Positions 18,830-28,900 of a stretch of DNA of 64,000 nucleotides are shown here, piece by piece. The stretch's first letter is position 1; each line of letters begins with the position of its first letter. The position numbers and the translations under genes are program-made. The DNA comes from an uncultured Anaerolineae bacterium. Lineage in GTDB: Bacteria > Chloroflexota > Anaerolineae > VGOG01. The notes beneath the pieces are model-generated. The model was not told where the DNA came from and did not search any database. It saw only the letters and a list, made by a program, of their open reading frames with translations. Location of the stretch: NCBI GenBank assembly GCA_964390805.1, contig CAYMKL010000019.1, positions 9,352 through 73,351 of the forward strand. Direction: 5' to 3'.

Positions 18830-21406
18830 ATGGTAGGAATCGTCATCGTCGCCCATAGTGCGAAACTGGCCGAGGGCGTGAAGGATCTGGCCGAGCAGAT
18901 GGGGCAGGGGCGGGTGCCCATCGCCGCAGCCGGCGGGCTGGACGACACGACCATCGGCACGAACATGGAGCGCATCCTCGAGGCCATTGAGACTGTCTAC
19001 CAGCCAGGCGGAGTGCTGGTGCTGATGGATCTGGGAAGCGCGGTGATGAGCACTGAGATGGCCGTTGAGATGCTACCACCCGAACGTCGGTCCGAGGTGC
19101 TGCTGAGCGAAGCACCGTTGGTGGAGGGCGCTATCGCGGCCACGGTGGAGGCTTCCATCGGCAAATCTCTGGCCGAGGTTGGCGCCGCAGCCCGCGCCGT
19201 CGTGCGCACGCCCAAGGTCGCCGGAGCCGCTCCGCTCACCGAACCGAGGCCCGCTGCCGTCGCGGTGGAGGAAGAGGTATCTCCATCCAATGAGATAACC
19301 CTAACCATCGTCAACGAGGTCGGACTGCACGCCCGGCCCGCAGCCCTGTTCGTTCAGACCGCCGGCAGCTTCCAGTCGGCCGTCACGGTGCGCAATCTGA
19401 CCCGAGATACCCCTGCTGTTGACGCCAAGAGCATGTTCGGCGTGCTGAGCATCGGCGCTCAACTGAACCACCAGATCGCCGTCGCAGCCGAGGGGCCTGA
19501 TGCACAAGAGGCCCTGGCGACCATCGGCGAATTGGTGGAGAGCGGGTTCGGGGAGATGGAAGGAGTCCCGATTCCGGCGGTGGTTCCCGCCAAGGAGGTG
19601 GTTGCGCCACCGCCCCGGCTGGAGGAAGCAGAGCTCCAGCCCATCATCTTGCCCTCTGACGTTGGGGAGATGAGGCATCTTCAGGGCATCACCGCTTCGA
19701 CCGGCATCGCCATCGGGCCGGCGTATGTTTACCGTCCGGAGGTGTTGACCGTCGAACGATGGACGGTGGATGACCCGGAGGCCGAGTGGGCCCGCTTCAC
19801 TCAGGCGGTCGTGCAGGCTAAAGCCGAGATAGGCGACATCCGATCCCAGGCTGCCGCCGAAGTGGGCGAGGCTGAGGCGGAGATCTTCACAGCCCACCAG
19901 TTATTCCTGGAGGACCCTGCCCTGCTGGATCGGGTGCGGGGGCAGATTGAGGGAGAGGGTTCCAACGCCGAGACAGCCCTGGCCGAAGCGGTGGCGGACT
20001 ACGCCGAGCTACTGCGGGGCATGGAGGGCGAGGTCTTCCGCCAGCGAGCGGCCGACGTCGAGGACGTGGGGCGGCGGGTGCTGCGCATCCTGCTGGGCGT
20101 GAGCGAGACCTCCCTGGCCGAGCTGCCGAAGCCGGTGGTCGTGGTGGCTCACGACCTCACTCCTTCCGACACGGCCCAACTGGACAAAGAGCGAGCGCTG
20201 GGCTTCTGCACCGCCATCGGGGGCACGATCTCTCACACCGCCATCCTGGCCCGCAGCCTGGGCTTGCCGGCCGTGGTTGGCCTGGGGGAGGGCGCGCTGA
20301 GCATCCCCGACGGGGCACCTTTGATCATTGATGGGGACAGGGGCGTCGTGATCGTCAACCCGGATGAGAGCACCCTCGCTGAGCACCGCTCCCGCCAGGA
20401 GGCGCTGCTGGCCCAACAGGTGGCCGCCAGGCGCGCCGCTCAACGCCCAGCTCAGACCCTCGATGGGCAACGGGTGGAGGTGGTGGCCAACGTCGGCGAC
20501 GTGGCCTCAGCGCGGATTGCCCTGGAGCACGGCGCCGAGGGGGTGGGGCTGCTGCGCACCGAGTTTCTCTACCTGGATCGCGCCACCATGCCCGACGAGG
20601 AGGAGCAGTACGCTGCCTATCGCGCCATCGCCGACTTGATGGGGAAACGCCCCCTCATCGTCCGCACCTTTGACATCGGGGGCGACAAGCAGTTGCCTTA
20701 TCTCGACATAAGCGATGAGCTCAATCCGTTCCTGGGATGGCGGGCTATCAGGCTCTCGTTGGATTACGTTGATCTGTTCAGAGCACAGCTTAGAGCGATT
20801 TTGCGAGCAGGCTACGAGCGCAACGTCAAGATCATGTTCCCCATGATCGCCGATGTGGGCGAGTTACGCCGGGCCAAGGATGTCCTGGCCGAGGTGAGGT
20901 CCGAACTGGAGGCCGAGAGCGTTCCCAGCGCTTCCGGAGTCGAGGTGGGGATCATGGTGGAGGTGCCGGCCGCGGCTTTGGCAGCCGATGTACTGGCCGA
21001 AGAGGTGGACTTTTTCAGCATCGGCACCAATGACTTGGTCCAGTACACCATGGCCTGTGACCGCACCAACGAGAGAGTCGCTTATCTCTACCAGCCGTTG
21101 CACCCGGCCATTCTGCGGTTGGTCAAGCGGGTGATCGAGGCCGCTCATGCGGCTGGCAAATGGGTGGGCATGTGCGGAGAGATGGCTGGCCAGCCCGAAG
21201 CCATCCCCATCCTATTGGGCTTGGGGCTGGACGAGTTCAGCATGAGTGCTGCCGCCATCCCCAGGGCCAAGGCTCTGATGGCGGCGATGACCCTTGAGCA
21301 GGCGCGAGAAGTGGCTGTCGAGGTGCTTGCGATGTCTACCGCAGACCAGGTACGGAGCTACGCTCAGGAGGTCGTGAACTCGTTGGCTGATTTGCCAAAT
21401 TCATAG
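18830..21406 (+). CDS. dhaM: DhaM-type multiphosphoryl transfer protein: EIIA(Man)-like DhaM domain + HPr + full Enzyme I (PEP-utilizing)
   Basis: [16 protein letters not shown] (EIIA-Man/DhaM), [20 protein letters not shown] (HPr His), [21 protein letters not shown] and C-terminal PEP-utilizing TIM barrel (EI); GGAGGAG RBS before ATG 18830. Confidence 0.8.
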   Translation: MVGIVIVAHSAKLAEGVKDLAEQMGQGRVPIAAAGGLDDTTIGTNMERILEAIETVYQPGGVLVLMDLGSAVMSTEMAVEMLPPERRSEVLLSEAPLVEGAIAATVEASIGKSLAEVGAAARAVVRTPKVAGAAPLTEPRPAAVAVEEEVSPSNEITLTIVNEVGLHARPAALFVQTAGSFQSAVTVRNLTRDTPAVDAKSMFGVLSIGAQLNHQIAVAAEGPDAQEALATIGELVESGFGEMEGVPIPAVVPAKEVVAPPPRLEEAELQPIILPSDVGEMRHLQGITASTGIAIGPAYVYRPEVLTVERWTVDDPEAEWARFTQAVVQAKAEIGDIRSQAAAEVGEAEAEIFTAHQLFLEDPALLDRVRGQIEGEGSNAETALAEAVADYAELLRGMEGEVFRQRAADVEDVGRRVLRILLGVSETSLAELPKPVVVVAHDLTPSDTAQLDKERALGFCTAIGGTISHTAILARSLGLPAVVGLGEGALSIPDGAPLIIDGDRGVVIVNPDESTLAEHRSRQEALLAQQVAARRAAQRPAQTLDGQRVEVVANVGDVASARIALEHGAEGVGLLRTEFLYLDRATMPDEEEQYAAYRAIADLMGKRPLIVRTFDIGGDKQLPYLDISDELNPFLGWRAIRLSLDYVDLFRAQLRAILRAGYERNVKIMFPMIADVGELRRAKDVLAEVRSELEAESVPSASGVEVGIMVEVPAAALAADVLAEEVDFFSIGTNDLVQYTMACDRTNERVAYLYQPLHPAILRLVKRVIEAAHAAGKWVGMCGEMAGQPEAIPILLGLGLDEFSMSAAAIPRAKALMAAMTLEQAREVAVEVLAMSTADQVRSYAQEVVNSLADLPNS

Positions 21407-21428
21407 GTATTTGCTATAATTACCCTGA

Positions 21429-21505
21429 CGGGGCGTAGCGCAGCCAGGTAGCGCACTTGAATGGGGTTCAAGTGGCCGCCGGTTCAAATCCGGCCGCCCC
21501 GACCA
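21429..21505 (+). tRNA. tRNA-Pro (anticodon GGG)
   Basis: Hand-folded cloverleaf: acceptor CGGGGCG/CGCCCCG, D arm GCGC-AGCCAGGTA-GCGC, anticodon stem CTTGA/TCAAG with loop ATGGGGT, T arm GCCGG-TTCAAAT-CCGGC, discriminator A + CCA. Confidence 0.85.
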
Positions 21506-21597
21506 TAAGCCATAGGCTACTAGCCACAAGCAATTGCATGGCCGATTGACTCTACGCTGTCGGCCATTGCTTGTATTAGCTTCAAAGTCGAGCTGTC

Positions 21598-23100
21598 ATG
21601 GACGATGTGGTCTACAGATGCGGTGGCCTGATTGAGGAGGACATCGCATTCCTGCAGAAGATAGAAAACGATATGCCCATCGTGGCCGATATTAGCCGCG
21701 CCGACCTGTTGATCTATTGCTCGGTCTCCCCCGACCGCGCAGCGGTAGTGGCTCAGGCTAAACCTCACTCCATCGCCCCCATTCATCCAGAGCTCGTTGT
21801 CGGGCGGACGATTTCGGCAGTTGAGGAGCCTCTGATCTGCCAGGTCTTCGGTGGGGGGCGCACGTTACGCGGCAACAGGACGCTGATTCCCGATGGCGCT
21901 CCAGTGCTGCAGGAGGTTCGCCCCATCCGCAACGAGGAAGGGAAGGTGTTGGGGGTTCTAAGCATCGAGACCAACCTCATTGAGCACGAGCGGCATCGTC
22001 GGCGCAGTAAGGTCTTCCAGCAGGCATTGAGGCAGTTGCAGGAGATGCTGCTGCGAGGGGAGCTCGAGGGCGTGGAGCACCTTTCTCATTTCGGCGAGCA
22101 CGACGGCATTTTAGTCGTGGATAGCCAGGGATGGATCCGATATGCCAGCGGCATAGCTACCGGCCTCTATCGCAAGCTGGGTTATCTGGATAGCCTCTTG
22201 GGAAAACGCACCTCCGATCTGGAGACAGAGGACGAGGCCCTGGTGGTCAGGGCTTTGCGGGAAAAGCGTTGTCTCGAAGAGGAGACCCGAGAGGGCCGTC
22301 GCGTCTGGATCAAGAAAGCAATCCCTCTGATCTCTCACGAGGAGCGGTTGGGGGGGGTACGCCGTTTTCTGGGCTCGCCTCTCCCCCAGCCCCACCTGGT
22401 AGGAGCGCTGCTGACGGTTTACGATGGGACCGAGGTGCGGCGTAAGGAACGGGAGCTTAAGGTCAAGTCGGCCATGATCCAGGAGATTCATCACCGGGTG
22501 AAGAACAACCTGCAAATCATCGCTGGCTTGTTGCGCATGCAAAGTAGGCGCAGCGAGTCGGAGGAGGTCAAGCGAGCCCTGAGCGATAGCGTGGCGCGTA
22601 TCCTCAGCGTGGCCGTCGTGCATGAGTTCTTCGCGCAGCAGGAAGCGAGGATTATTAACATCAAGGACGTGAGCCAGCGCATCGTGAACCACACGCGGCA
22701 GGGGATTCTGCAGCCTGATAAGCGGATTCGCTTGACCTTACTTGGGCCTAATATCTATTTGCCCGCTCAACAAGCGACGACTTGCGCCCTGATCATCAAC
22801 GAGTTGCTGCAGAACGCGGTGGAGCACGGGTACGAACGCAAGCCCGGAGGCACCATCTCAGTCAATCTCCGGGACGATGGCGATAGGGTGGTTATCGCCG
22901 TAGCGGACGATGGGCAGGGATTGCCGGAGGATTTCAGCCTGGAGCAGGCCGATAGTCTGGGCTTGCAGATAGTTCAAACCCTGGTCCAGGACGATCTCAA
23001 AGGGCAATTCGAACTGAGGGAGGGGGATGGGGTGTCGGCCATTGTTACCTTCCCCAAACAAACACTGGGAGGTGAGGAAGCGTGGAACGAACGAGAGTGA
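21598..23100 (+). CDS. Sensor histidine kinase, HisKA_2/HWE-like dimerization domain + HATPase_c, PAS-like N-terminus (EutW-like)
   Basis: IQEIHHRVKNNLQIIAGLL H-box; N/G boxes INELLQNAVEHG, DDGQGLPED, GLGLQIV. Confidence 0.75.
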   Translation: MDDVVYRCGGLIEEDIAFLQKIENDMPIVADISRADLLIYCSVSPDRAAVVAQAKPHSIAPIHPELVVGRTISAVEEPLICQVFGGGRTLRGNRTLIPDGAPVLQEVRPIRNEEGKVLGVLSIETNLIEHERHRRRSKVFQQALRQLQEMLLRGELEGVEHLSHFGEHDGILVVDSQGWIRYASGIATGLYRKLGYLDSLLGKRTSDLETEDEALVVRALREKRCLEEETREGRRVWIKKAIPLISHEERLGGVRRFLGSPLPQPHLVGALLTVYDGTEVRRKERELKVKSAMIQEIHHRVKNNLQIIAGLLRMQSRRSESEEVKRALSDSVARILSVAVVHEFFAQQEARIINIKDVSQRIVNHTRQGILQPDKRIRLTLLGPNIYLPAQQATTCALIINELLQNAVEHGYERKPGGTISVNLRDDGDRVVIAVADDGQGLPEDFSLEQADSLGLQIVQTLVQDDLKGQFELREGDGVSAIVTFPKQTLGGEEAWNERE

Positions 23101-23675
23101 TCATCGCCGATGATGAATCCATTATCCGCATGGATCTCAGGGAGATGTTGACTAACCTGGGTTATCTCGTCATCGGCGAGGTGGGTGATGGACGGAGCGC
23201 GGTGAATTTGGCTCGGGAGCTGAGGCCCGATGTGGTGGTTATGGACATCAAGATGCCAGACATGGATGGCATTGATGCCGCCAAGGTCTTGACCGAGGAG
23301 AGGATCTCTCCTGTCTTGTTGCTCACTGCCTATAGCCAACAGGAGCTCATCGAGCGGGCCAAGGAAGCGGGCGTGGTAGGCTACATCGTTAAGCCCTTCC
23401 GAGAGTCTGATCTGTCGCCGGCTATCGAGGTGGCTGTGGCCCGCTTTGCCGAGTTCCGCTCCCTGGAGAAAGAAGTTGGCGACCTCAAGTTGGCCCTGGA
23501 GACCAGGAAACTGGTTGATCGGGCCAAGGGCATCTTGATGGATAGTCAGGACATGACCGAGGCCGAGGCCTTCCGCAAGATCCAGAAGATGAGCATGAAC
23601 ACCCGCAAGCCTATGAAAGAGGTCGCGGAGGCGATCATCCTGGCACAACAGGCATCGGTGGGCAGTAATCAGTGA
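23082..23675 (+). CDS. Response regulator with REC + ANTAR RNA-binding antiterminator domain (AmiR/NasT/EutV-like); GTG start
   Basis: VIIADDESIIRMDL, VVMDIKMPDMDG (phospho-Asp), C-terminal ANTAR LETRKLVDRAKGILMDSQDMTEAEAFRKIQKMSMNTRKPMKEVAEAII; GGGAGG RBS. Confidence 0.85.
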   Translation: MERTRVIIADDESIIRMDLREMLTNLGYLVIGEVGDGRSAVNLARELRPDVVVMDIKMPDMDGIDAAKVLTEERISPVLLLTAYSQQELIERAKEAGVVGYIVKPFRESDLSPAIEVAVARFAEFRSLEKEVGDLKLALETRKLVDRAKGILMDSQDMTEAEAFRKIQKMSMNTRKPMKEVAEAIILAQQASVGSNQ

Positions 23676-23696
23676 TCAGTAATCGGTGGGAGGAAG

Positions 23697-24440
23697 ATGA
23701 GAACCGCTGAGCGGATCAGTACCTGGATCAGGGAGAGGGTTGAGGAGGCAGGAGCCGGGGGCCTCGTGCTGGGTATGAGCGGGGGGATTGATTCGTCCGT
23801 GACGGCTGTCCTGGCCAAGATGGGACTGGGCGATGGGGTGTTGGGTGTGATGATGCCCTGCCACAACGGCCCAACTGGCGAGCAGCACGCCCGACTGCTG
23901 GCTGCCAAATTCGGCATTGATACCGAACACGTGGACTTGACTCCCGTCTTCGACCGCCTCTTGGAGGCTCTGCCCTCTGGTGACAGGCTAGCGGTGGGCA
24001 ATCTGAAGCCCCGATTGCGCATGGCTACTCTCTACCACTACGCCAACAGCCGCAATTACCTCGTTGCTGGCACAGGAAATAAGAGTGAGTTGGCTGTTGG
24101 CTACTTCACGAAGCACGGCGATGGCGGCGCCGATATCTTGCCCCTGGGGAGCCTGCTCAAAGGACAGGTGCGGGAGTTAGCCCGCGAGCTGGGCATTCCT
24201 GAGGAGATCATCGTCAAGCCCCCCAGCGCGGGTTTGTGGGAGGGGCAGACGGACGAGGGGGAGATGGGGATCAGCTATGATGAGTTGGACAGGGTTCTCG
24301 TAGCCATCGAGTCTGGTGATACTTGTACTGAGCTCAGTCGAAGTGCTGCTGAGTGCGATCAGGAGGCGTTGGCCCGCGTGAGGGCCATGATTGCTGCTTC
24401 TCAGCACAAGAGGGACCCGATACCGATTTGTGAACTTTGA
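23697..24440 (+). CDS. nadE: NH3-dependent NAD+ synthetase
   Basis: LVLGMSGGIDSSVTAVLA PP-loop, NKSELAVGYFTKHGDGG. Confidence 0.9.
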   Translation: MRTAERISTWIRERVEEAGAGGLVLGMSGGIDSSVTAVLAKMGLGDGVLGVMMPCHNGPTGEQHARLLAAKFGIDTEHVDLTPVFDRLLEALPSGDRLAVGNLKPRLRMATLYHYANSRNYLVAGTGNKSELAVGYFTKHGDGGADILPLGSLLKGQVRELARELGIPEEIIVKPPSAGLWEGQTDEGEMGISYDELDRVLVAIESGDTCTELSRSAAECDQEALARVRAMIAASQHKRDPIPICEL

Positions 24441-24446
24441 GAGAAG

Positions 24447-24485
24447 CCAGACCTGACAGGTTTTGGTAAACCTGTCAGGTCTTGG
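24447..24485 (+). other. Long near-perfect hairpin immediately after the nadE stop (attenuator/terminator element)
   Basis: ccagacctgacaggtt-ttggta-aacctgtcaggtcttgg. Confidence 0.5.
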
Positions 24486-24507
24486 CCGCGAGAGAGAGCA
24501 ATGAGCC

Positions 24508-24540
24508 GAGGCCGCCTCATTGAGGCGGCCTCTTTCCGTT
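24508..24540 (+). terminator. Rho-independent terminator-like hairpin in the nadE-glnA intergenic region
   Basis: gaggccgcctc-att-gaggcggcctc followed by tttccgtt. Confidence 0.5.
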
Positions 24541-24593
24541 GAAATCTCTCTGTTCGCTGCGTGAATAAGATTGAATTCTGAAGGGAGGACAAG

Positions 24594-25937
24594 ATGCTCG
24601 TAGGTAAGCAGGAGATTCTGCAGAGGGTCAAAGCAGACAATGTGAGGTTCGTCAGTTTACAGTTCACTGACATCGTGGGCACGATCAAGAATGTGGCCAT
24701 CCCTGTGGGCCGGCTGGAGGAGGTCATTGAGAAGGGGGTCTGGTTCGACGGCTCCTCCGTCGAGGGTTTTGCTCGAATCTACGAGAGCGATATGGTTTTG
24801 AGGCCCGATGTCAACACCTATCGCCTTCTTCCCTGGGAACCCCAGGCCAGAAAGGTCGCCCGCATCATCTGCGATGTCCATCGGCCCAATGGCGAGCCTT
24901 TTGAAGGCGACCCGCGCTGCATCCTCAAACGGGCCATCAGTGCGGCGGAGGAGAGAGGCTATCTTTACAACGTGGGCCCTGAGCTGGAGTTCTTCTTGTT
25001 CAAGATGAACGCTGAACCCAGGATAAGGCCCGTTCCCCACGATGTGGGCGGTTATTTCGATTTCTCGCCTCGGGACCTGGCTTCTCAGGTGCGAGGGGAT
25101 ATCGCTGTGACCTTGGAAAGCCTGGGGATGGAGGTGGAGATGGCGCATCACGAGGTGGCGACGGGCCAGCACGAGATTGACATCCGCTATGCCGATGCCT
25201 TGACCAGTGCTGATAACGTCATGACCCTGCGCTACACCGTTAAGGCCGTCTCGCAGACCTTTGGTCTATATGCTACCTTTATGCCCAAGCCCATCTTCGG
25301 CATCAACGGTTCGGGCATGCACACCAATCAAAGCCTCTACAATACGTCGGATGGAGAAAACGCCTTCTTTGACCCGAACGATGAGTACAAGCTCTCTAGG
25401 ACGGCCTATGCTTTCATGGCTGGGCAGATAGAGCATGCCAGAGCTCTGGCCGCCATCGCAGCGCCGACTGTCAACTCCTACAAGCGCCTGACGCCTGGCT
25501 ATGAGGCCCCGGTCTACGTCTGCTGGGGGCAGATCAACCGCTCCGCGCTGATTCGCATTCCCAGATACTCCCCTGGCCGGGAGCAGTCCACTCGCCTTGA
25601 GCTACGCTGCCCTGATCCGAGCTGCAACCCTTACCTGGCCTTCGCCACCATGCTCTGGGCAGGCTTGGATGGCATCGAGCGGGAGTTGGAGCCGCCTCCT
25701 CCGGTCGAGGAGAATGTATACCATTTTGACGATGCCAAATTGCGGGAGCTTCACATCGCCACTTTGCCCGGCACTCTGAGGGAAGCCATTGATGAACTGG
25801 AGAAAGACGAGGTCTTGCAGCAGGCGCTAGGGGAGCACGCCTATCATGCTTTTGTGCGGGCCAAGAAGGCGGAGTGGGACGAGTACCGCATCCAGGTGAC
25901 AGATTGGGAACTCAGTCGCTATCTGGAGACGCTGTGA
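24594..25937 (+). CDS. glnA: Glutamine synthetase type I
   Basis: 447 aa; FTDIVGTIKNVAIP beta-grasp N-domain, GSGMHTNQSL, adenylylation-region and C-terminal GS-I signatures; GGGAGG RBS. Confidence 0.92.
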   Translation: MLVGKQEILQRVKADNVRFVSLQFTDIVGTIKNVAIPVGRLEEVIEKGVWFDGSSVEGFARIYESDMVLRPDVNTYRLLPWEPQARKVARIICDVHRPNGEPFEGDPRCILKRAISAAEERGYLYNVGPELEFFLFKMNAEPRIRPVPHDVGGYFDFSPRDLASQVRGDIAVTLESLGMEVEMAHHEVATGQHEIDIRYADALTSADNVMTLRYTVKAVSQTFGLYATFMPKPIFGINGSGMHTNQSLYNTSDGENAFFDPNDEYKLSRTAYAFMAGQIEHARALAAIAAPTVNSYKRLTPGYEAPVYVCWGQINRSALIRIPRYSPGREQSTRLELRCPDPSCNPYLAFATMLWAGLDGIERELEPPPPVEENVYHFDDAKLRELHIATLPGTLREAIDELEKDEVLQQALGEHAYHAFVRAKKAEWDEYRIQVTDWELSRYLETL

Positions 25938-26203
25938 ATGAGGCAATCAGGTAATGAGTAACGAGGAAATGAGTGTTGTAGTGCTTGGGCCAATGTAACA
26001 ATTGTCAAGATGCGGAAGGCGTGGGAAACCTCCACGAAATCGCCCGCTGGCCATAGCGAGGCGATCTCTTTTTAAGCTCTGAGCCCCGTCCCTTCGGCAG
26101 CCCTTCGACAAGCTCAGGATGACAGCTCAGGACAGGCCCCGGGGCGGTCCGGGGACGGGCCTTTGAGCCTCGTAGACGCCGGGCAGTCTCTCTGGTATTT
26201 TCC

Positions 26204-28654
26204 TCACGCCCGCTTGCCTCGAGCCGGCGCCGGCAGCAGGGCTATCTTCAACACTTCCCCCATCCGTTCCACGAACACGAACTCCATGTCCCGCTTGACC
26301 TTGTTGGGGATTTCGATCATGTCCTTCTGATTTCTCTTCGGCAGGATGACGGTTTTTAGCCCCGCACGGTGGGCGGACAGCACCTTCTCCTTGAAGCCTC
26401 CGATGGGCAGCACCCGACCCCGCAGGGTGATCTCGCCCGTCATGCCCACATCGTGGCGGACGGGACGACTGGCCAGGGCCGAGACGAGGGCCGTGGACAT
26501 GGTTATCCCCGCCGAGGGGCCGTCCTTGGGGATGGCCCCCTCCGGCACGTGGATGTGGATGTCCAGCTTGTCGAAGTCCCGCCCCTTGATGCCCAATTCC
26601 TTGGCGTGGGAACGAGCATAGGAGAGGGCGGCCTGAGCTGATTCCTGCATCACCTCGCCCAATTGGCCCGTGAGCATGAGGCTGCCCTTGCCCTCCATCA
26701 AGGTCACTTCCACGGGCATGATGTCGCCACCAGCTTCCGTCCAGGCGATGCCCATGGCCACCCCGATTTCGTCCTCCTTCTCGGCCAGGCCGTAGGTGAA
26801 CTGTGGCGGCCCCAGGTACTTGACCAACGACTGGGCGGTGATGCGATGAGGGGCTTGTTTGTCATCAGCCACTCGCCGGGCCACCTTGCGACAGACGTTG
26901 GCAATCTCTCGCTCCAGATTGCGCACCCCGGCTTCGTAGGTGTACTCGCGGATGATATGGCGCAAAGCTTCGTCTGAGAAGCGGAGCTTTGTATTATTGT
27001 CCAGGCCATTTTCCGTCAACTGCCGAGGCACCAGAAACCGCCTGGCGATCTCCAGTTTTTCCTCCTCGATGTAGCCGGGGAACTCGATGACCTCCATGCG
27101 GTCGCGCAGAGCTGGCGGGACGGGGTCGAGGATGTTGGCCGTGGTGATGAACATCACCTTTGACAGGTCATAGGACACGTCCAGGTAGTGATCGGAGAAA
27201 GCGTGATTCTGCTCGGGGTCCAACACCTCCAGCAGCGCGGCCGAAGGGTCGCCTCGGAAGTCAAGGCCCACTTTGTCTATCTCGTCCAGCATGAAGAGGG
27301 GGTTGATGGTCTCGGCGCGACGCATGGTCTGGATGATGCGGCCCGGCAGCGATCCCACGTAGGTCCGACGATGACCCCGTATCTCGGCCTCATCGCGGAT
27401 GCCGCCCAGGCTCACCCGCACGAACTTCCTCCCCAACGCCTGGGCAATGGCTTTGCCCAGGGAGGTCTTGCCTGTCCCTGGCGGCCCCACGAAGCACAGG
27501 ATAGGGCTGCGCATCTTATCGGCGGCCAGCTTGCGGACGGCCATGTATTCCAGGATGCGCTCCTTGGCCTTGTTCAGGCCGTAGTGACTGTCGTCCAACA
27601 CCTTGTCCGCGGCTGAAATGTCTATGTTGTCCTCAGTGGCATTGCTCCAGGGCAATTCGATCAACCAGTCGAGATAGGTACGAATGACGCTCACCTCAGG
27701 AGAGGCGACGGGCATGGAAGAGAGCCGCTCAAGCTCCTTCTCCGCCTTCTCGCGCACCTCCTCCGGCATCTCGACGGCAGCTATCTTTTCCTTCAGTTCG
27801 CTGACCTCTTGGAACTGGCCATCTATCTCGCCCAGCTCGGTCTGGATGGCCTTCATCTGCTGCCGCAAGAAATACTCGCGCTGGGACTTGTCAACCTCCT
27901 CCTGCACCTGAGCGTGGATCCGATCCTCCAACTCCAGAACGTCTAGTTCCTGAGCCAGAAGGATGCTCAATTTCTGCAGGCGGACACCCGGGTGAACGGT
28001 CTCCAGGATCTCCTGGCGCTTTTCGATATCTATGTTGAGGGCAGAAGCCACCAGATCCGCCAGCCACCCCGGCTCGTTAATGTTCATGGCAATCACATAA
28101 GCGTCCTCAGGGAGGTTGCGGTCCAATTGCACACACTTTTCAAACAGAGCCAGCACCGCACGTATCAGCGCTTGAGTGGAGGGATCCCTCTCTGTGGGCT
28201 CTAATATGTTCCTGACTCTTACCTTGACATAAGGATCAACGTGCATGAAGTCGAGGATTTCAACCCTTCGTATCCCTCGCCCCCAGATGTTAGTCGTGCC
28301 GTCCGGCAGGTGCCACATGCGGGCAATCGTCATCTCGGTGCCGATGGTGTAGATGTCATCGGAGCCCGGCTCTTCTACTTCGTCATCCTTCTGGGCCGCA
28401 ACGATGATAGTGCCCTCGGTGGCCATTGCCGCCTCCACAGCCTTCAGAGAGCGATCGCGGCCCACAAAGAGAGGAGTGACCATGTGGGGGAAGATGACTG
28501 TATCGCGCAGGGGAAGCAAGGGATACTCGCCAGTCTCGTTGGGTTGCCCAAAAATCACATCTTCTATATCTTGGGGGATTCTTTCGGCTCGCCGGCCACT
28601 GATGGCCAGGAAGCCCCCTTCTTCAAGAAGTTTATCCATATCGTTGTCCGACAT
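26204..28654 (-). CDS. lon: ATP-dependent Lon protease
   Basis: 816 aa; LON N-domain, AAA+ [15 protein letters not shown], protease domain [17 protein letters not shown] with Ser-Lys dyad. Confidence 0.95.
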   Translation of the reverse strand: MSDNDMDKLLEEGGFLAISGRRAERIPQDIEDVIFGQPNETGEYPLLPLRDTVIFPHMVTPLFVGRDRSLKAVEAAMATEGTIIVAAQKDDEVEEPGSDDIYTIGTEMTIARMWHLPDGTTNIWGRGIRRVEILDFMHVDPYVKVRVRNILEPTERDPSTQALIRAVLALFEKCVQLDRNLPEDAYVIAMNINEPGWLADLVASALNIDIEKRQEILETVHPGVRLQKLSILLAQELDVLELEDRIHAQVQEEVDKSQREYFLRQQMKAIQTELGEIDGQFQEVSELKEKIAAVEMPEEVREKAEKELERLSSMPVASPEVSVIRTYLDWLIELPWSNATEDNIDISAADKVLDDSHYGLNKAKERILEYMAVRKLAADKMRSPILCFVGPPGTGKTSLGKAIAQALGRKFVRVSLGGIRDEAEIRGHRRTYVGSLPGRIIQTMRRAETINPLFMLDEIDKVGLDFRGDPSAALLEVLDPEQNHAFSDHYLDVSYDLSKVMFITTANILDPVPPALRDRMEVIEFPGYIEEEKLEIARRFLVPRQLTENGLDNNTKLRFSDEALRHIIREYTYEAGVRNLEREIANVCRKVARRVADDKQAPHRITAQSLVKYLGPPQFTYGLAEKEDEIGVAMGIAWTEAGGDIMPVEVTLMEGKGSLMLTGQLGEVMQESAQAALSYARSHAKELGIKGRDFDKLDIHIHVPEGAIPKDGPSAGITMSTALVSALASRPVRHDVGMTGEITLRGRVLPIGGFKEKVLSAHRAGLKTVILPKRNQKDMIEIPNKVKRDMEFVFVERMGEVLKIALLPAPARGKRA

Positions 28655-28675
28655 CTAGTTACGCCTCCATGTTTT

Positions 28676-28900
28676 GGTCTAGTGGTCTTTGGTCAGGTGG
28701 TCAGATGGTCCTTGGTCAGGTGCTCAGATGGTCCTTGGTCAGATGGTCATTGATCAGATGGTCCTTGGTCAGATGGTCCTTGGTCAGATGGTCCTTGGTC
28801 AGGTGCTCAGATGGTCCTTGGTCAGATGATCATTGATCAGGTGGTCAGATGGTCCTTGGTCAGATGGTCATTGGTCCTTGGTTATTGGTGGTTTTTGGTG
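28676..28900. repeat. Tandem array of about 14 copies of a 15-bp unit (GGTCCTTGGTCAGAT and variants) filling the region upstream of lon
   Basis: Read directly: ggtccttggtcagat repeated with variants ggtcattgatcagat and ggtcaggtgctcagat; begins about 22 nt upstream of the lon ATG and ends at the stop codon of the upstream gene. Confidence 0.85.

Noticed and set aside
24447-24540. Two hairpins upstream of glnA as canonical ANTAR dual-hexaloop target
   Set aside because: Loops do not show the A1/G4 hexaloop signature; more simply explained as nadE terminator structures. Retained only as a hypothesis in findings.
26100-26135. Recurring short motif GCTCAGGACAGG (also near 32058, 36409 reverse, 37383)
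   Set aside because: Only 10-12 nt, could occur by chance in a GC-rich genome; insufficient to call a repeat family without genome-wide counts.
28676-28900. Tandem repeat array considered as CRISPR or as a CtsR heptad operator
   Set aside because: No unique spacers between repeats (units are directly abutting 15-mers), so not CRISPR. GGTC cores only loosely resemble the Firmicutes CtsR box (GGTCAAANANGGTCAAA) and the spacing (7/8 nt) differs; kept as an unexplained repeat.
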